Positions 58,949 to 64,000 of a stretch of 64,000 nucleotides of DNA are shown here, one piece after another. The stretch lies in assembly GCF_009914755.1 (NCBI RefSeq), contig NC_060927.1. The stretch is one strand, 5' to 3'. The DNA comes from the human T2T-CHM13v2.0 reference genome, Homo sapiens. Position numbers and translations under genes: made by a program. The stretch's first letter is position 1. Every line of letters begins with the position of its first letter. The notes under the pieces were generated by a model. The model saw only the letters and a program-made list of their open reading frames with translations, did not search any database and had not been told where the DNA came from.

Positions 58949-59834
58949 GATGGCTTTCCTCCCTTGAGGTTCTGTGGTCTTCAGAAGGTCTGCCCCACTA
59001 CTTCCCGTCCCAAAATGTCTCCAGACATGCAGAGACCACGCTTGGCAGAAAGCAGATCCCTCCTACACACAGTTTTCATGAAGGAGAACTCCGAGAGGGA
59101 ACACTGCAATTCCTTATGCCCTGTGCTATCATATTGCAGAGCCATGGCTCCTGCCTATCTCCATCCTTTCCCTAGAAGTCTTCCTGTGTATTTAAATTCA
59201 AAGAGGCACTCTGAGCCTGCTGGACTTACTCCTCCAGACTTACTCCTCCAAGAATTAAGGGGGAAATACGTGTTTTCCAACAAAGGCAGAAACTTCCAGT
59301 GATGAAGAAATGATTCCTCAAACCATACTCTGAGAGCATGGATGTGTGCAAAGGGTGTTATCATGCAAAGGGAGGTATTTCAGCTTAAGAAGCAGATGCT
59401 GCCCCTTCCTTTGTATGTAAGGAGGAAAGGACACTGGCATTGACTGAGGTAATGTCTATAAAGCACCTGGTATTGTCCTCTTCACTTACAGGGTCTCTGT
59501 AAATAAGCGCCCCTTTCTCAAGTCCTATCCTTTCCTCCCCCCACCACCAGGAAGATCTCTTTTCTGTAAAGCAGGCAGTTGTCACACTTCTTCCAGGGGG
59601 AATTTGCATTCTAAACCTTCTCTCTGCATTTGCAGGGTGATTAAAGAAGGGGCAGGAAGATGGAAACCAACTAAAGGCTGATAGATACCTTAAGAAAGCA
59701 AAAGAGAGCATAAAAGAAAAACTTATCTTTGGCTTAGATTTTGCAACTGTTTATTGCACATCTTCTATGTACTAAGCATTATGCTAGCTTTCACGTTCTA
59801 TGAGATGAATATTATTTTAATAATAGTAATTATT

Positions 59835-59990
59835 ATTATAGCAGCTAGCATTTATTGAGCATTTACTATTTGCCAACTGTTGTGCAATGTGCTTTACACA
59901 CACTATTTAATTTTCATATAATCTGAAAAGGTATATACTTTTGTTAGGCCCATCTTGCCAATGAGAAAATGAGGCTTGGGGAGAACTATG
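59835..59990 (-). mobile_element. MIR SINE
   Basis: gctagcatttattgagcatttactat...atgagaaaatgaggct. Confidence 0.7.
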
Positions 59991-60679
59991 AGTCCCAAAT
60001 CCCACCTGTGTCAGTGCCTTATTGCTTTGGTTCTTTAGACCAGAGGGTTTGCTATTGTGGCTCAAAGGCTCTGGATGTTGTGGCAGTGTAACTCTGAGAA
60101 ACCTGTTATGAGGCTCTGATGTTATTTGTATTTTTGAAGGCACTGACTAGCTCTGAATCAGAAAGGAAATAGGCAACAAAAAGGATTTCCCTGTTGTAGA
60201 CAGAGCACGTCAGCTGTATTTGAAACACCGAGACACCCTGAGAGGAGGAACCACCTTTGCCTCATCCCCCTCATTGCTTGAGCTCCCTGAGATCCCATGG
60301 CCCTCTTCAGGCCAGACGGTTTTTGACAATCCCAAATAGGGCTTTATGTCACTCAGTGGGTCAGCGTAAGACTGTCACTATCCTTAGCGTCAGGCAAAGA
60401 GCTAGAAGGTAGGAGGTGATTTCCTCCCATGTCAGTTCTCTTATCCAAGCTTTGAAAGGTGAAGTTTATATTTTACTCTATCCCGAATTCAGACACTGAC
60501 AACCAGATCTCTCCACCATTGAAGATATTTCCCAAATGCATGGATGTGACTTCTATCTCAGCAATCCCTTCAAGACCTAGAAGTCCACAAGTCCTCTATA
60601 GGCCCTCCCATCCTATCTCCTTGTTGTTTCTGCCCATTCAACCAGGGAGAGGTACAGGGTATCATTAAAGACTCTTAGG

Positions 60680-60821
60680 CCTGGCTGCTTGAGGTGTGGT
60701 CCATAGATCGGTGGAGTCAGCACTCCTTGTTAGGCCTCCAGAATCTCAGGCTGAATCAGAACTTATGTTTTTAACAAGATCCCAGGTGGTTCACATATAT
60801 ATTAGAGTTTGAGAAGGACTG
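60680..60821. mobile_element. MER5A/B hAT MITE
   Basis: ctgaatcagaac...ttttaacaagatcccaggtg...agtttgagaaggactg. Confidence 0.7.
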
Positions 60822-60827
60822 CTAAGC

Positions 60828-61003
60828 CAGTGGTTCTCAAACTTGGCTGCATGCTGGAACCATCTGGGGAGTTTTTTAAAAATACCAGTGCCTGGTCCTA
60901 CCCCCTGGAGATTCTTATTTTCTTGGTTTGGAGGTTGCTTGGGTAAAGAAGTATTGAAAGGTCCCCAGTGATCCTGGTGTGCCGCTGGGGTTGAGAACCA
61001 CTG
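60828..61003. mobile_element. MER5A1-like hAT MITE with intact TIRs
   Basis: cagtggttctcaa ... ttgagaaccactg. Confidence 0.85.
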
Positions 61004-61049
61004 GCTTAGAGAATTGGATAACACCTACTTTAGCTACACTGATGAAATC

Positions 61050-62950
61050 TAGACGAGCGACCCCCTTGCGGGCGTCCTATCACTTAGAGTGCCGAGGGTG
61101 ACTACCCTCCAGGACTCTGATTCCAGAGTCAGCCCTGCCTCCTCTCTCCCTGGCAAGGAGGAGCAGGGACCTCTCTATTCTGCAACAAAGGGGGCTTCTT
61201 TGGCTTGTTTCATGGGAAGATGGGAGGTGAGGGAGCAGTAGTTTCCAGCTGAAGTGCTTTCATCGCCCTGTGGCCAGGTAACCACAGTCTCTGTCGAAAA
61301 AGAAGGCATTACTGGCCAGTGCATCTGAAGGTCAAAAGTACTTGAACATCTTTCCTGAAGGACGGAAAAGCAGTGAAAGGAGTCAGACTTGGCTGCTGCC
61401 TGGCCTTGCTTTTATGGGAAAAACAGAAGTTATGGGATGGGAGGAGCGTGAAGAGTGGGTGTTGCCGGCCCTCCTGGCATCACAGCTTGTGAACCATAGC
61501 AGTGATGGGCAGTCGCTGTCTTCACTGGCCCTGCCAGGTCCGGAGATCCCTGCAGGGGCACTAAGAATTCACCCACTGCAGAGGCCCCACCTCGAGGCAG
61601 TTTCCTGTGTGCAGTTATTTTGGGAACAGGAACTGGATGTTTGGGAGGAAGAAGGGTAGCCAAGGGCCTGGAGGCAGGCGGTGGAGAGGTGAGGCCCAGC
61701 AGCTCAGCAACACTGAAAGGGCCCCAATGTCCAGACACCCAGGCAGCTTCCACTTGCCTCCACTCCCAGCACAAAGGCGCAGTCACGTGGCCGCTGGGGC
61801 TGCGACTTGAAAGAGCTCCCATTGTCCACGCTGCCTCAGGTTTCAGGGAACCAGACGCTGGGAGGACGGACTTTTTTTTCTTTTTTCTTTTCTTTTTTTT
61901 TTTTTAAAGTAACAGGGGCGAAGGCCAACAGCATTTTCGACTCCGGAAGTGGGGTCTACACATGCACACACGCCAAACAGACTTCTCCAAGTTTGTTTTT
62001 CTAACACATTGGAAACCACACAGTTCAGGAGAAAATTCATCTCACATGCTGTAGCCTGCTTTCCCGGAACGTGTCCAGAGACTGCTGTGTCAACACTGCC
62101 AAACTCAGCAAGCCACTCTCCCAACGGAATGGTGTGATTTGCCAAGGAAAAAACTGAACCCAGAGCCTGGGAGGAGGGAGCCGGGGGCCGGCGGCTAGAG
62201 GGGATTGCGCATAGTTCAAAGGGAGGGTGGGCTTCCAATTGGACAAGGCACTTCCCCGATTACACAGCTGTCACTGACCCCTCCAAAGGCCACCGCTGCA
62301 TCCCCTTGGGCTCCCTGTTCCCAGACAGGGCTGCATTTGTGTGCTCAGCTGCTGACTGTCCTACTCTTAAAGCACTCAGGGTGGGAGTGTGCGGAGGGAG
62401 GAATGAGGATGTTTCTCAGCCTTTCTAAGTTCTGCCCCGAGGCAGCTTGGCGGAAGAGGAAAGGGCTTTGGCATCACCGTGACCGGATATTAATGTAGCT
62501 CATAGGTCCTAGCTGCATTTGCCTAAAACAAGGATGAGCTCTTCCTCTTTGCAGAGATATTACAAATAGAAAAGATGCTAAGGATGGCGAAGGTGTTTAC
62601 TACAGGGCAGGGACATAATAGGCGCCCACTGAATATCCGTTTCCTCCCACCGGTTTGTCCCTGGAGGTTGAGTGTGTGGTTCTATCTCTCTTGCTTGGTT
62701 TTTAGGAGATAGAGGACAGCTCACCCATAAAGGGAATGTCTTGGATATGGAATTTCACAGTTAAAGCAGCCCCCAGACACCAAGTACAGCGACGAAACTC
62801 CTTTTCTTTCTCCCCATGGAATATAAGCCCCAGTTCTACTGGGTGGCAAGAAACATCATCCAGTTTATGTAATGACTCCAGTCATTAATAGGGTTAACTT
62901 AGGATCTGCAATTTGCAATTTGGTCACAGTCTAGCCCAAAATGACTGTGG
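61050..62950. promoter_or_regulatory. Candidate enhancer/promoter (CpG-enriched, motif-dense)
   Basis: Local CpG retention; GTCACGTGG 61782, CCGGAAGT 61943, TTCCCGGAA 62061, ATTGCGCATA 62204, TTCAAAG 62215, CCAATTGG 62235; poly-T 61872-61905. Confidence 0.6.
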
Positions 62951-63580
62951 GATTTCTTGCCTCTCCCCGTGCTTTTGTCCTAACTTAGTCTCTGAGGAGC
63001 AGGTGGTGAATGGAGGTCTTCGTGACTGGATGTGTGGGAGGGAGCAGCCACCTTGACCTCTTCTACTTTGGGTGCCTGCATGCAGCGTGGTAACCAGCTT
63101 CTCCATGCAGGTGGACTGGACGTGGGCAGCCTGCTGAGGAGTGTTGCTCATGTAATTCACACTCTGGGTGTGGCAAGTGGGTGGTCTGGTTTCCAAAAAG
63201 TTCCCTTAGAATCAAATCAGTCATGCTTCCTTTCCTCTACCCATCCCAACCAGCATATAAGCTGCACCCTTTTTTGGTGTTTGTCTCCCTGAATTACCTC
63301 ACTCATCTGGCAACTTTCAAGAGCATGCTGACTCTTTCTGCTGGCTATGTGGGACCTGCAGAGTCTCCTCCACACCACTTGGGGGCTGAAGACAGCCTGA
63401 TGCCCGTCTCCTGTACCTCTCCTGTACCAGCTCTCTAACACTCTGCTGGCTCCAATGAGGTAGTTCCATGAGATTGCCACTGTCAGAAACCTCTGGAAGA
63501 GAAGCAAAGGCCTTCCTCTTCTCTCTCAGCTGTCCTCAGCCCTCATGAGGAACCCTCTCCCACTTCTTGCTCCTTCCTTT

Positions 63581-63627
63581 GATGATGATGATAATGATGA
63601 TGATGATGATGATGATGGTGATGATGA
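63581..63627. repeat. (GAT)n trinucleotide repeat, interrupted
   Basis: Read directly from the sequence. Confidence 0.95.
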
Positions 63628-64000
63628 CAACCTCTGTGTGTGTACGATGGAATATATCGCTCCTCATTCTTGATCTTTAAACTCTTCTCTCCTCAGGCAG
63701 AGGGAAAACCTGTCTCTTGCTACCTCTTTGCATCAGGTCTGTCTAGTCTCAAACTCAGAGCTGTGTTCTTTAGCAACTTTAGTGTTAGGAGTCTCTGCTC
63801 TCAGTGCTGGGGGGATGTCTGCAGAAATGGATGATCTTGATTTTAGTTTCTATTTGGTGGAGAGTCCCAACAAGAAGCCACCAGGGATCATGAAGGGGCA
63901 CATTTAATTAATATCTCACTTATCAACCTGCCAGTTTCATCATTTTAAAATTGACTGGTTTCAGGTCCCCTCTCAAGTTGTTCACTAGCTACTGGCAACC

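Noticed and set aside
63581-63627. (GAT)n as a poly-Asp coding exon
   Set aside because: No supporting ORF or homology; ordinary STR

Overview
Primate, very probably human, genomic DNA (Alu, L1PA/L1PB/L1MA, MaLR, ERVL, MER and MIR content). The window looks intergenic or intronic. I found no spliced protein-coding gene and no prokaryotic system. The only recognisable complete protein ORF is a young processed copy of RPS27 (42615-42869). It has an intact 84-aa frame, a 5' TOP start, a poly(A) tail and a 15-bp target-site duplication (TSD). It sits inside ORF2 of an old L1MA element and is in frame with 36 upstream codons. The same L1MA also hosts a 5'-inverted (twin-primed) L1PA2-like insertion. 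A second composite L1PB (8381-15668) has one TSD pair but two 5' halves, plus nested L1PA and MST insertions. Non-repeat signals are a motif-dense CpG-enriched cis-element at about 61.0-62.95 kb, an RFX X-box at 23022, a ~65-nt hairpin carrying inverted NR5A/ERR sites at 27610, and candidate non-coding exons. Repeat subfamily names come from recalled consensus sequences, and boundaries of old repeats are approximate.
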